DNA of 64,000 bases from a virus (taxonomy: Duplodnaviria > Caudoviricetes), in the IMG/VR virus record IMGVR_UViG_3300032319_000936, positions 32,001 to 96,000 of that record; one strand, 5' to 3'. The translations under genes and the position numbers were made by a program. Shown here piece by piece: positions 20,352 to 30,188 of the stretch. The notes below the pieces were generated by a model. It was not told the DNA's origin, ran no database searches, and worked only from the letters and a program-made list of their open reading frames with translations. Positions within the stretch are counted from its first letter, which is position 1. The number at the start of each line of letters is the position of its first letter.

Positions 20352-20648
20352 TTACTCTACTATTTTACAGATTGGTATTTTAACAAATCCGGAATTTTCG
20401 TATCTATGTGGTTTTTCAACTATTCCGTTCCCGATTAGAAAATCTAGCATTCCCTCGTTCTCTGAATAGTCTTTAACCCCGACCTCCTCTTTAGACAGAC
20501 CCGGTATATTCACGGTGCACTTGGCAAACGGAAATCCATCCTCCATATCAATGAGTTCTAGTGCAGGAGTTTTTGTGTTGTAAACTCCTCTCTGTAGCAG
20601 GACATTATAATCTGTTCCTGATAGATTATAAACGTAACTTTTTTCCAT
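20352..20648 (-). CDS. DUF4313-like protein
   Basis: PFAKCTVNI...KDYSENEGMLDFL..NGIV...SGFV.IP. Confidence 0.5.
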   Translation of the reverse strand: MEKSYVYNLSGTDYNVLLQRGVYNTKTPALELIDMEDGFPFAKCTVNIPGLSKEEVGVKDYSENEGMLDFLIGNGIVEKPHRYENSGFVKIPICKIVE

Positions 20649-20649
20649 G

Positions 20650-21300
20650 TTATCTTTCTTCTAAGTGGTGATCGTTATTGAATAGTGAGCAGACAGGTCT
20701 GTCCTCCATGATGTCCAGAATCTCGTCCAATGAGTAAGGTCTAAATTCCTCAGACCCATCGAATCCGACATCCATCATCTTGCCTGGACCCAACTTCTGC
20801 TCTGGAGAGAAGTGCACGTGACCGTGCAGGTGAATAACACCCTGGTTCATATCGTGCCAGCTAGCTATCGGAAAGTGACACAAGACCATTCTGATCTTAA
20901 TCACCTTCTCCCCTTTAGGTGCCTCCCTGGTGATTGTAAGGTACTCGTATTTAGAAACGTGTTTAAAGAGGGATCTGACCCCTTCTTTATCACGATCTAT
21001 ATGGTGGTCGTGGTTGCCTAGAATAAGGTAAACATTCTTGCAGTTGATTCTATCACGGAATTCCTTAACGGCTTCAAATCCACCAAATGCCCAATCTCCC
21101 AAATGAATTAGATGGTCATTCTCGCCCACCCTTGAATTGATGGATTCAACTATAGCATCGTTCATAGACTCCAATGAAGGGAAATCCCTTGTCTTGGATT
21201 CTGCTGGCCAGTTTGATAAAGCCTTAACCAGGTTAGAATGATTGTAGTGCGAATCCGAGGTCCAGTAGATGTTTTGATTCTTTCCTAATGTTATTTTCAT
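20650..21300 (-). CDS. Calcineurin-like metallophosphoesterase
   Basis: TSDSHYNH, HLGD, GNHD, LCHFP, HLHGHVH, DVGFD. Confidence 0.85.
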   Translation of the reverse strand: MKITLGKNQNIYWTSDSHYNHSNLVKALSNWPAESKTRDFPSLESMNDAIVESINSRVGENDHLIHLGDWAFGGFEAVKEFRDRINCKNVYLILGNHDHHIDRDKEGVRSLFKHVSKYEYLTITREAPKGEKVIKIRMVLCHFPIASWHDMNQGVIHLHGHVHFSPEQKLGPGKMMDVGFDGSEEFRPYSLDEILDIMEDRPVCSLFNNDHHLEER

Positions 21301-22187
21301 ATTTCGAATTTTTGAGAAGATTTTAACCTTCTACCTCTAATTTTTAATTTTTGCATGGCTTTATTGTATGTTCTAACAGCCCATGGTCCAGACTCACCAA
21401 ATTGTTCGCCTATGAATGGGAAGGATCTTATAAATCCCTCGTTCTTGCCCATTCTATCCATTACAACCTTTTTCTCTATTGGAGTTAAAGTCCTAAGTAG
21501 CTTTTCAGTAATAAACTGAACGTCACTTTCATTAACAAAATCCTCCACGTTAGGTTCCGATTCAAGCCATGAGATTGGAGCTTTTACCTCGTCCTCACTC
21601 TCACCGTTTCTAAGTTCTAGAGATATATTAAATGAGTCAGCAGCCATGGCATTCCTAATGGTTTCCATATTTTTGGTTATCCATTTCTTATCTGTCATTT
21701 CAGCTAATCTATCCCTGATCTCGGCAGTGGTAGCGTCCCTCTCGTATTTCTGGTTGTACTCGATGTGTATCTTTTTAATTGCAGCTAAACAAGTGATGAC
21801 ATTCCTAGGAACTTTTATTGTTCTGGAATGGACGCTTATATAATCCAATATATTTTTTCGGATTCTCCAGACAGCATACGATATAAACTTAAATCCTGTG
21901 GATGGATCGAAACTTTCCGCTGACTCTATCAGCCCAATGTTTCCCTGCGATATAAGATCCATCAGTGGAAATTTAGGTCCGGCATATGCCTTTGCAACAG
22001 AGACGACAAATTTGAGATTTGATCTTATTAATTTCTCCTTCGCAATCTCGTCTCCATTTCTTACCCTAATGGCTAGCTCATTCTCCTCTTCTGGTGATAG
22101 AACCGGTATTCTAGTAATATCGGAAAAATATTTATCTAGTGCCGATGTCCTGTCTGTTTTTCTTTCAGTTATCTTGAATTGTCTCAT
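21297..22187 (-). CDS. Sigma-70 family RNA polymerase sigma factor (RpoD/RpoS-like)
   Basis: LIRSNLKFVVSVAKAY, DLISQGNIGLI...FDPSTGFKFISYAVWRIR; diverged region 4. Confidence 0.9.
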   Translation of the reverse strand: MRQFKITERKTDRTSALDKYFSDITRIPVLSPEEENELAIRVRNGDEIAKEKLIRSNLKFVVSVAKAYAGPKFPLMDLISQGNIGLIESAESFDPSTGFKFISYAVWRIRKNILDYISVHSRTIKVPRNVITCLAAIKKIHIEYNQKYERDATTAEIRDRLAEMTDKKWITKNMETIRNAMAADSFNISLELRNGESEDEVKAPISWLESEPNVEDFVNESDVQFITEKLLRTLTPIEKKVVMDRMGKNEGFIRSFPFIGEQFGESGPWAVRTYNKAMQKLKIRGRRLKSSQKFEI

Positions 22188-22267
22188 ACTGCAAAGCTAA
22201 ATGAAATCCCCGCGTTTTTCCAGATGGCTACATTGAAACATTAGAAATTTTGTGCGATATATAAAGC

Positions 22268-23338
22268 ATGTCTAAAATTTTAAAATTCTCACAGTTTATA
22301 TTTGAGTCAGAGGAAGCTATCTATAGCACTCCAGGTGACCCCTACCAATATAAAATTGTTAACGGGATATGGATGACAAAGGGACTAAGCATCAAAAACT
22401 GGACTTCTCTAGAGGGAAACAAAAAAGCTAAAGATATACTTGATGCTAGACACCCCGAGGCTAGAGCATCCCAAAGTGCCACAGTACAGACCCCGGAATA
22501 CCAAAGCGAGGTCGTTGCGGTGGATCCAAAAACTGAGTACATTTCAAATTCTAATACTAAGACATTAATCTGTGCTCACGCTGGAAAATGGGACGGAGCA
22601 GGTGCTTCCAGGGCGGAAAACTGTCTTAAGAATATCGAGTTGAATATCAAGGGTGGAACAGATATGATAGAGATAGACATACAGATCACATCCGATGGTG
22701 TGCCTGTTTTATTTCACGATGGCACTCTAGATTCTAAGACTAACGGTAGTGGCAAGATTCAAAATATGAAATGGGATCAGGTTAAAACGATATCCTATGA
22801 TTCAGATCCCGCACAGAAGATATGCTCGCTACAAGATGTTGTCAGTCTAATTAAAGGATACAAATCAAGAGCTATATTACAATTGGATAAGTGCGATGCA
22901 GCAGAACTAGCGGTAATAAATAAGACGGGTATCCTTAAAGGTATAGAAGGACAGGTGGTAGCAAAGGGAACTAGTTTCACTCCTCCTTCTATAGTCAGTT
23001 CTATGGGTATAAAATGGATGCCTATTCTTCCTAGTAGCAATGTTGGTAAAATGACATCTAAAAAGGCAGTAGATGATGTGGTTTCTAAAGTCAAGCCTGG
23101 ATTCTTCGAATATCAATTCAGTGACTCTGATTCCTATATAGTAAATGGTTATATGTCTGACGCTCTAAGGGGTAAGAGTGTTTCTCCTATGGTTGTAGCT
23201 GTTGGAGGAACAAAAGATACTAACGGTGCCTCTTATAGAGGAGATTCTAAAAATGCTTGGAAGAAGATAATAGATGACATAAAGCCTAGCCTAATCATGA
23301 CTAATAGACCAAGTCAACTAAGATCTTATCTAGGCTAA
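22268..23338 (+). CDS. Glycerophosphodiester phosphodiesterase-family protein with N-terminal extension
   Basis: CAHAG, EN, DMIEIDIQITSDGVPVLFHDGTL, IMTNRP; N-terminal ILKFSQFIFESEE; upstream GATATATA. Confidence 0.8.
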   Translation: MSKILKFSQFIFESEEAIYSTPGDPYQYKIVNGIWMTKGLSIKNWTSLEGNKKAKDILDARHPEARASQSATVQTPEYQSEVVAVDPKTEYISNSNTKTLICAHAGKWDGAGASRAENCLKNIELNIKGGTDMIEIDIQITSDGVPVLFHDGTLDSKTNGSGKIQNMKWDQVKTISYDSDPAQKICSLQDVVSLIKGYKSRAILQLDKCDAAELAVINKTGILKGIEGQVVAKGTSFTPPSIVSSMGIKWMPILPSSNVGKMTSKKAVDDVVSKVKPGFFEYQFSDSDSYIVNGYMSDALRGKSVSPMVVAVGGTKDTNGASYRGDSKNAWKKIIDDIKPSLIMTNRPSQLRSYLG

Positions 23339-23403
23339 GCATAAAAATTGATCGGAATCTATTTTTAGGATGGATATATAAGTAAATAAATAAAACAAGA
23401 AAA

Positions 23404-24054
23404 ATGCATATTAAAAAATTCACACAGTTTATCGTTGAAAATGAACATTACGGATCTATCAACGAGGGGGATATCATACCAGGAGTACCTTATAATACGG
23501 GGTTTGAAATGACTGATAAGGATACTAATAAAATGTCGGTTAATACCGATAACGGAAAGCAAATGTCAATTAGTTTTCACAGAGATTCTGGTAGTCGAAA
23601 TGTTTCCCTCATCTTTGAACCTACTAATGAACCGCTTACCCTAAAACAGGGAGCTTCGTATGCTTATGTGGTTGTAAACAAAGAAAAAGAGGAGAGTTTT
23701 CCTGTAGCAGTTACAAAAATCGATGGTTTCGTTGCAGACAAATCCACTCGAATCTATGATAATGCGAATTCTATAGATCTTCTTGGAGAGTTTATTGCGA
23801 CTTCCGGTATCTCTTCTGATGCTGCTTCGGGTATAAAGCTAGCAAAAGTTATAGCTAAACTTTTATTGGATACCCAATACAATAGCAAGGTAACTGATAC
23901 ATTTAAAAAATTCGCAAATAACATTGTCATGAATATTAGGAATGGTAAATTCATACCTAATATGACACAGGATCTTGTTAGTTATAAGTCAACCCCAGGC
24001 ATGAAAGCATTCGTAGCTGAATTACCAAAAAGTTATGATGCTCTTAAATCTTAA
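23404..24054 (+). CDS. Hypothetical late protein, paralogue A1
   Basis: MHIKKFTQFIVENE; C-terminal half very similar to 24823..25503. Confidence 0.75.
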   Translation: MHIKKFTQFIVENEHYGSINEGDIIPGVPYNTGFEMTDKDTNKMSVNTDNGKQMSISFHRDSGSRNVSLIFEPTNEPLTLKQGASYAYVVVNKEKEESFPVAVTKIDGFVADKSTRIYDNANSIDLLGEFIATSGISSDAASGIKLAKVIAKLLLDTQYNSKVTDTFKKFANNIVMNIRNGKFIPNMTQDLVSYKSTPGMKAFVAELPKSYDALKS

Positions 24055-24083
24055 AAAAAGCATAATCGTTTGAATCTTAAACT

Positions 24084-24112
24084 AAAAAGCCAGCTATAAG
24101 CTGGCTTTTTTT
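24084..24112. terminator. Bidirectional intrinsic terminator
   Basis: AAAAAGCCAGCTATAAGCTGGCTTTTTTT between convergent genes. Confidence 0.8.
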
Positions 24113-24122
24113 ATGAATTATT

Positions 24123-24638
24123 CTATTCCTCGGATATTGAGGATATCCTGTTATAATTCCCACAAATCCAATAGCTTTTATAGAATTCACCATTTTTAAA
24201 TAGGGTATAGTGCTCTTGGACAGTTCCGTCTTCCTGAGTTAAAACCTCATATTCATATCTGTCGTATTCTATATTCTTAAGGGTATTATCGTAATATGAA
24301 TCCACAGTGCTCTTTATAAAAATTGATTCGTACCAAATGCTATCCTTGGTAGAAAGATCCCATTCTACCCCGGGAGCAAAAACAGCAATATAGCTTCCAT
24401 CATTCTTCGTGATAAGTTTTTTCCATAAAACGGGATCCTTAATCGCATCTAGAAATTTACCCTCACCTCTAAACTCAGGCTGATCATAATATAGATCGTG
24501 CATATGCTCTCTTAATGAATCTATATCCAAGGAAGCAAATACGCTAGCAAAAGATTCTGTGCCTTCATTCTGAGATAGAGCGGTTACACTTGTTCCTAGT
24601 ATGAATAGGAAAATAAATGCTAATTTTAGATTTTTCAT
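24123..24638 (-). CDS. Secreted/periplasmic hypothetical protein, paralogue B1
   Basis: Signal peptide MKNLKLAFIFLFILGTSVTALS-Q; 22 substitutions relative to 25561..26076. Confidence 0.75.
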   Translation of the reverse strand: MKNLKLAFIFLFILGTSVTALSQNEGTESFASVFASLDIDSLREHMHDLYYDQPEFRGEGKFLDAIKDPVLWKKLITKNDGSYIAVFAPGVEWDLSTKDSIWYESIFIKSTVDSYYDNTLKNIEYDRYEYEVLTQEDGTVQEHYTLFKNGEFYKSYWICGNYNRISSISEE

Positions 24639-24822
24639 AGGTGATAGTGTTATTGTTACAGTTACAAATATATGTCGAATCCTCGTAAAAAAGAAGAAGG
24701 ATTAAAAAAATATTTACTTACTAAAATACAAAGAACAAAAAAAGATTAGATGATCGCGCTTTTAATATAACGAAATCTATTCAGAAAACGGATATATAAG
24801 TAAATAAATAAAACAAGAAAAA

Positions 24823-25503
24823 ATGCAAATTAAAAAATTCACGCAGTTTATACTCGAAAATGAGTATTACGACACTATCAACGAAGGAGATATCGTATCA
24901 GGTGTATCTTATAATTCTTCATCTTCGAGCGAAAATGGTACAATGTCCGTTGTTGCAAAAACAGGGGAACCGACAGAAATTTATTTTTTAAGAAATAATG
25001 GTGCTGATGATAAAGCTCGTGTTAGATTCATACTAAAATTTGTACCCTCTACAAAACCATACGAGATTAAAGAATCTGATGTAAATGCATATGCCTTTAT
25101 AGTAAAAGATGAAGGAGGCTCTGAAGGAGGTTCGCTTGCTTACCCTGTAGCAATTACAAAAATGGATAATTTCTATGCAGATAAATCGGGGTCACGTTTA
25201 CAATCAAATTCTATAGATCTTCTTGGACAGTTTATTGCATATTGTGGTGCTAACAATGCTGCTCTAGGTTCAAATTTAGCAAAAGTTATAGCTACACTTT
25301 TATTGGATAATAAATATAATCTTGTGGTAGCCGATACATTCAAAAAATTCGCAAATAGCATTATCATGAATGTAAGGAATCAAACATTCCTTCCCACTAT
25401 GGGGAAGGATCTTGCTAGTTATAAGTCACAACCAGGTATGAAAGCATTCGTAACTCAATTACCAAAAAGTTGTGATGCTCTTAAACCACCTAAAAAAGTA
25501 TAG
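24823..25503 (+). CDS. Hypothetical late protein, paralogue A2
   Basis: MQIKKFTQFILENE; upstream region near-identical to that of A1. Confidence 0.75.
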   Translation: MQIKKFTQFILENEYYDTINEGDIVSGVSYNSSSSSENGTMSVVAKTGEPTEIYFLRNNGADDKARVRFILKFVPSTKPYEIKESDVNAYAFIVKDEGGSEGGSLAYPVAITKMDNFYADKSGSRLQSNSIDLLGQFIAYCGANNAALGSNLAKVIATLLLDNKYNLVVADTFKKFANSIIMNVRNQTFLPTMGKDLASYKSQPGMKAFVTQLPKSCDALKPPKKV

Positions 25504-25522
25504 TAGGATAAAAAATAAAGGT

Positions 25523-25550
25523 AAAAGCCAGCTTAAAGCTGGCTTTTTTT
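25523..25550. terminator. Bidirectional intrinsic terminator
   Basis: AAAAGCCAGCTTAAAGCTGGCTTTTTTT. Confidence 0.8.
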
Positions 25551-25560
25551 ATGAATTATT

Positions 25561-26076
25561 CTATTCCTCAGATATGACTCCTATCTTGTTATAATGCCCG
25601 CAAATCCAATAGCTTCTATAGAATTCACCGTTTTTAAATAGAGTATAGTGCTCTTGGACAGTCCCGTCGTCCTGAGTTAAAACCTCATATTCATATCTGT
25701 CATATTCCAGATTCTTAAGGGTATTATCGTAATATGAATCCACCGTGCTCTTTATAAAAATTGGATGATATATTATATTATCACTCGTAGAAAGATCCCA
25801 TTCTACCCCTGGAGCAAAAACACCAATATAGTTTCCATCCTTCTGCGTGATAAGTTTTTTCCATAAAATGGGATCCTTAATAGCATCTAAAAATTTACCT
25901 TTGCCTCTAAACTCAGGCTGATCGTATAATGGATCGTACATATGCTCTCTTAATGAATCTATATCCAAAGAAGCAAGTACGCTAGCAAAAGATTCCGTGC
26001 CTTCATTCTGTGATAAGGCTGTTACACTTGTTCCTAGTATGAATAGGAAAATAAATGCTAATTTTAGATTTTTCAT
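25561..26076 (-). CDS. Secreted/periplasmic hypothetical protein, paralogue B2
   Basis: Same signal peptide and length (171 aa) as B1. Confidence 0.75.
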   Translation of the reverse strand: MKNLKLAFIFLFILGTSVTALSQNEGTESFASVLASLDIDSLREHMYDPLYDQPEFRGKGKFLDAIKDPILWKKLITQKDGNYIGVFAPGVEWDLSTSDNIIYHPIFIKSTVDSYYDNTLKNLEYDRYEYEVLTQDDGTVQEHYTLFKNGEFYRSYWICGHYNKIGVISEE

Positions 26077-26187
26077 AGGTGATAGTGTTATTGTTACAGA
26101 TACAAATATAATTAGAACCCCCGTAAAAAATCAGAGAAATTAGAAAATGTTTAATCAGGAAATACAATGTGGATTAGCTTTTAAATT

Positions 26188-26829
26188 TCAGGAATTTAGT
26201 ATTTTGTGTATATCCCTATGTAGCTTATTTGTCTTGTGCTTATTAATACCAAGCGACAGAATTTTTGAATTGTGGCCGTACATTAAATAAGCATGGATCT
26301 CGTCTTCGATCACTGGTTCCGAATATCCTCCCTTCAATAGGTTTTGCTTCATCACCTCTAATATTTCGATATCTATACTTCTAACAAATGCCAATGCTTT
26401 TTGTTTGTACTCTTCATCAATGCAAAACCTAGCGTGACACACCTCATGATCAAAAGTACCACCTTGATTATTTTCTGTACCGATAATGTATGCCTTTCCC
26501 TCGGACTTCATTGATTGGATTGATTCATAGATGCTAACCATTTCAGAATCATAGGGGGTCTCGATTTTGCTTACCCTAATGCACTCTTCTAAAACATCAA
26601 AAGGTATATTAAAGCCACTCCAGTCAGCAGGGTATGTGAATGATCCTTTAAATTCGGAGTACCATTCCATATAATCCCAGATACTAAAAGATTTACCTCT
26701 GAAATCTTCATTCGGGGATTCGTAAAACTCTTGAACCCTACAAAACAGCATCGGTAAATGATAAGAGTCGGATAATGTAACTGAAAATATGTTAGGTTTT
26801 ACTTGCTCTATTTTATAACTCAGTTCCAT
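26188..26829 (-). CDS. HExxH-motif hypothetical protein
   Basis: FCRVQEFYESP...DWSGFNIP...HEVCH...DEIHAY. Confidence 0.6.
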   Translation of the reverse strand: MELSYKIEQVKPNIFSVTLSDSYHLPMLFCRVQEFYESPNEDFRGKSFSIWDYMEWYSEFKGSFTYPADWSGFNIPFDVLEECIRVSKIETPYDSEMVSIYESIQSMKSEGKAYIIGTENNQGGTFDHEVCHARFCIDEEYKQKALAFVRSIDIEILEVMKQNLLKGGYSEPVIEDEIHAYLMYGHNSKILSLGINKHKTNKLHRDIHKILNS

Positions 26830-26872
26830 TGCTTTTATTTTTTAATCTGCCCATATCCAGTATCCTACTTTT

Positions 26873-27142
26873 TTACCCATTTTTACCACCGTAAGTTTCG
26901 TCGTAGTATTGTTCTACTTTTAAATGAGCAGTTCTAATATCTGTATCTAATGCTTTATCTAAACATCTTTTAGAAAAATCAATCTTCTGCTCCTTCTCCA
27001 TTTCCTTGGCTTTACTACAAGCAAATTCCTTAATGTGATTAAGCGCATGAATTGCATGTAAGTCCATTGGCTGCATACGATATTTGTTTATCTCTTTTTG
27101 GATATAATCTTCCAACCATTCAACCGCAGTTTGTTTACTCAT
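26873..27142 (-). CDS. KQTAVEW-family small protein
   Basis: Likely start MSKQTAVEWL at 27142; AKEMEKEQ; EQYYDETYG. Confidence 0.7.
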   Translation of the reverse strand: MSKQTAVEWLEDYIQKEINKYRMQPMDLHAIHALNHIKEFACSKAKEMEKEQKIDFSKRCLDKALDTDIRTAHLKVEQYYDETYGGKNG

Positions 27143-27380
27143 TGCCACCCCCATAAGTTTCTTTGTAGTATTGTTCTGCATCTTTAGCACTTCCCCAATC
27201 TGAGCAGCCATATTTTACGGCATCTTGAATCTGCTCCCTTTCCATTTGCTTGGCTTGTTCAAGTAATTCTTGTTTTTTAATATGATATTCACCTAATGAA
27301 ATTTCTTTATTAAATGCCATATCCCCATACAAATTTAATTGTGTATTATACCATTCTACCGCAGTTTGTTTCTTTTCCAT
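27135..27380 (-). CDS. KQTAVEW-family small protein
   Basis: MEKKQTAVEW...AKQMEREQ...AEQYYKETYG. Confidence 0.7.
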   Translation of the reverse strand: MEKKQTAVEWYNTQLNLYGDMAFNKEISLGEYHIKKQELLEQAKQMEREQIQDAVKYGCSDWGSAKDAEQYYKETYGGGNE

Positions 27381-27386
27381 AGTTGT

Positions 27387-27566
27387 TCAGGTGTTTGGTA
27401 AAAAATTTATAGTAAGTGATACTAATTGACCATCTTCTTGTTTAGTCCAAGAGATACTTTCTACACTTACAAGGTTTATCCCAATGTTGTTTGGAATAAC
27501 ATTAATAGGTAGCGGACAATATGCTCCATTAATAATTTCTTCAATTGTTTTAGTTACTGTTTCCAT
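27387..27566 (-). CDS. Small hypothetical protein (59 aa, below ORF-track cutoff)
   Basis: METVTKTIEEIINGAYCPLP..., preceded by the junction motif. Confidence 0.55.
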   Translation of the reverse strand: METVTKTIEEIINGAYCPLPINVIPNNIGINLVSVESISWTKQEDGQLVSLTINFLPNT

Positions 27567-27568
27567 AG

Positions 27569-27766
27569 TTATTTAGTTTTAGCTATGTCAGTCCACTCCC
27601 AGCCTAAACACACCTTCATCATTGTGCGATGAAAGAGGTTAGGCTTTTTTTCAAACGAAATACACATTCCACTTTTACCTCCTAGACAATAACAGCCTAC
27701 GTATTTAGAAGATGTCTTAAGTTCCAATGATGGAGGCAGTAATTCTGATTGTCTTTTCTTTTCCAT
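27569..27766 (-). CDS. Small hypothetical protein
   Basis: KKPNLFHRTMMKVCLGWEW; junction motif upstream. Confidence 0.6.
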   Translation of the reverse strand: MEKKRQSELLPPSLELKTSSKYVGCYCLGGKSGMCISFEKKPNLFHRTMMKVCLGWEWTDIAKTK

Positions 27767-27780
27767 AGTTATTTATTTTT

Positions 27781-27900
27781 TTATTTTGTTATTAATCCTA
27801 TTAACCAGGATAGTCCGAATGATATCCCCCAAATTAAGAGTATAACAAATACTATCTGTCCTAATACTTCTGTTGGCATGCCTTCTCTTCTATTTTCCAT
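27781..27900 (-). CDS. Small membrane peptide (39 aa)
   Basis: MENRREGMPTEVLGQIVFVILLIWGISFGLSWLIGLITK; junction motif upstream. Confidence 0.5.
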   Translation of the reverse strand: MENRREGMPTEVLGQIVFVILLIWGISFGLSWLIGLITK

Positions 27901-28112
27901 AGTTATTTAGTTTTTAGTTGAAATATTTTTACACATCAAACATATCCTCTATTTTGTTGATGATCTCCCTAAACTCATCTTGTTTATCTTTTGGCATTTG
28001 TAAAGTTTTCATTCCTCTAAATTGCCTATGTTTTATTATCGTTTTTATTTCATCAATGGTAAAAATACTAAACATAGCATCAGATAAATGTAATTTTTCA
28101 CTCGATATTTCG

Positions 28113-28478
28113 TTATGCATAATTTTTTATTGTTTCGTTATCGTATGCTAGTGTGATTAGTTTGTCTGGTACACCTAACTTATCCAAATTTTCGTCAGTT
28201 GCAAATTCAAATAACAAATCTAATTTATCCTCGGTTAGGTATCTTGGATGGATATCATATCTTTCTATCAAACTCAACTCTCGTTCTTCAATCTTTAATC
28301 CCCACTTTTCAGAGAACTTTGTATCTGTTTTACATTTGTCGATGAACTCTTCTTGTGTTAATGTATAACCTAACTCAGTCATTTTTTCTTTTGACATATT
28401 AGGTAATATCCTACCATCTTCGATCAGATAGTTCTTATAAACATCCTCAATAATTTGATTGTATCTTTCGTTATTCAT
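28113..28478 (-). CDS. Hypothetical protein
   Basis: 121 aa; shares an EF..K...D..F.E.W...EL pattern with 37391..37774. Confidence 0.6.
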   Translation of the reverse strand: MNNERYNQIIEDVYKNYLIEDGRILPNMSKEKMTELGYTLTQEEFIDKCKTDTKFSEKWGLKIEERELSLIERYDIHPRYLTEDKLDLLFEFATDENLDKLGVPDKLITLAYDNETIKNYA

Positions 28479-28684
28479 AATTTTTATTTTTCAGATTTAA
28501 ATTCACGTGTTGTTCGGTTAAATACGTCATCTATTACACTTTCAGCATGACCATCCAGTTTTAATGCTAATTCAAAAGCCTCCCTGATTGCGTAAGGATA
28601 ATTGCAATGTTTAGTGTCAATAGTTACAATAGCGGATTGTCTTGAATCCCCATTGTTGTTGTTAATTGTAATTTTCATAGTTAT

Positions 28685-29005
28685 TTATTTTTTAGAGTTT
28701 ATATTAATGTAAGTTTGACAGTCTGTAAGGCTTCCTTGAAACCACACATTACCTTCTGATTCTACTTGATAAGTACCACCTTGTAAATGAGTCAAATCAA
28801 ATTTTACTTGAGTAAGTTTAGATGTTTTTGGAAATTCTGGGTCATAGTTTTCAATGCCTTTCAAATACATCTCTTTCATCTGCTCCTTCTCCATTTCTAA
28901 AGCTATTTGAACTTCATTGTAGTAATCCGCTAAATCATTTGTAGAAAATCCAATTCTTTCGAGTTGCTCTACAAGATATTCAACCGCGGTTTGTTTCTTT
29001 TCCAT
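28685..29005 (-). CDS. KQTAVEW-family small protein
   Basis: MEKKQTAVEY...ALEMEKEQ. Confidence 0.7.
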   Translation of the reverse strand: MEKKQTAVEYLVEQLERIGFSTNDLADYYNEVQIALEMEKEQMKEMYLKGIENYDPEFPKTSKLTQVKFDLTHLQGGTYQVESEGNVWFQGSLTDCQTYININSKK

Positions 29006-29017
29006 AGTTATCCAGTT

Positions 29018-29191
29018 TTAGATTATGTGAATGGTCTCTATTTGGAATTTACCAACAAGTCTGCCGATAAAATCTTTAGCGTCTTCGAGTGTTTCAAATA
29101 GATAAGCCGAGTGGGCTGAAGACCAACCAAAATCCCAACCCTGATAATAAAGTCCGTTTTCAAAGTTTTTTACCACGAATCTCTTTTCCAT
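29018..29191 (-). CDS. Small hypothetical protein (57 aa)
   Basis: MEKRFVVKNFENGLYYQGWDFGW..., flanked by junction motifs. Confidence 0.55.
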   Translation of the reverse strand: MEKRFVVKNFENGLYYQGWDFGWSSAHSAYLFETLEDAKDFIGRLVGKFQIETIHII

Positions 29192-29203
29192 AGTTATTCA
29201 GTT

Positions 29204-29404
29204 TTAGAGTTTTTCAATTTCTTGTTTAACTTCTTCCCAATAAGTTACTTCGGCTTGTGAATCATTGTAAAATGACGCTACTTTTAATATCTCATCTACT
29301 GCTATCAAGGCACTTTCTTTTAAGTGCTGATGCTTTTTGAAAGGTGCTTTAAATAACGAGTCATATCTTGTGTACAATTCTTCTGCTTTTTCTTTTGGTG
29401 TCAT
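29204..29404 (-). CDS. Small phage protein (MTPKEKAEEL type)
   Basis: MTPKEKAEEL...ALIAVDEIL...YWEEVKQEIEKL. Confidence 0.65.
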   Translation of the reverse strand: MTPKEKAEELYTRYDSLFKAPFKKHQHLKESALIAVDEILKVASFYNDSQAEVTYWEEVKQEIEKL

Positions 29405-29406
29405 AG

Positions 29407-29793
29407 TTAGTTCTTTTTTATTAGATGATACTCAGTAAATTCTTCAAACCACTCTGTGATATCTTCTTTGCCTTCAAAGGTAGTAGGCCAAGAATTCATC
29501 TCTATTAGTAAGTTTAAGACTTCTTCCTTACTATACATTTGTTTGGCTTGCCATTCAGCACCTCCATAAGTTTCATTGAAGTATTGCTCAGCATTTTTAG
29601 CACTTCCCCAATCTGAGTAACCATATTTTACAGCATCAATCATCTGCTCCTTCTCCATTTGTTTGGCTTGAATTTTCAGTTTAGCAACCTCATCATTAAA
29701 CAGACTCAAACCTATAATACCTTCAGAAAGTTTATCACCAAGAATTTGTTCTTGCTCAATGTACCATTCAACCGCAGTTTGTTTCTTTTCCAT
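29407..29793 (-). CDS. KQTAVEW-family protein fused to a WQAKQMYSKEEV module
   Basis: Shares AVKYGxSDWGSAKxAEQY with 27135..27380. Confidence 0.7.
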   Translation of the reverse strand: MEKKQTAVEWYIEQEQILGDKLSEGIIGLSLFNDEVAKLKIQAKQMEKEQMIDAVKYGYSDWGSAKNAEQYFNETYGGAEWQAKQMYSKEEVLNLLIEMNSWPTTFEGKEDITEWFEEFTEYHLIKKN

Positions 29794-29795
29794 AG

Positions 29796-30182
29796 TTATT
29801 TAGTTTTAAAAATCTCTATCAGCTTTTGTAGGCAAGCTAATTCAGCCTCTTCGTAGTTTAAAAAATTTACAGCATCATCAACATACACACCGTCTTTAAA
29901 AATGTAATACACATAAGATTCATCGGGTAAAAATGGTTTGCCGTTTTGTTTTTCAGATACAAATGGTTGTACCCAAGCATCAATATTATGTTTCTCTCTA
30001 AACCATCTAAATGCCTGTGAGAAGATTGGTGCCGCAATATTTTCAGATACTCTGTTGGTGTATACTCTGCTTGTCCTCAACTCCCTGTTGTCCAAATGAC
30101 TGAAACATCCATAACAACACTCGTTAAATCCAAGTTGCTTCAACTCCCAAGCCAACTCATAGGGTACAAATTCTTTTTCCAT
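29796..30182 (-). CDS. Small phage protein (EFVPYELA type)
   Basis: MEKEFVPYELAWELKQLGF...APIFSQAFRWFREKH...YEEAELACL. Confidence 0.65.
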   Translation of the reverse strand: MEKEFVPYELAWELKQLGFNECCYGCFSHLDNRELRTSRVYTNRVSENIAAPIFSQAFRWFREKHNIDAWVQPFVSEKQNGKPFLPDESYVYYIFKDGVYVDDAVNFLNYEEAELACLQKLIEIFKTK

Positions 30183-30188
30183 AGTTAT

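Larger units (their letters stand above)
23372..26130. repeat. Tandem duplication of a ~1.4-kb two-gene unit
   Basis: Promoters, genes and terminators are all repeated (23372-24690 vs 24790-26130). Confidence 0.9.
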
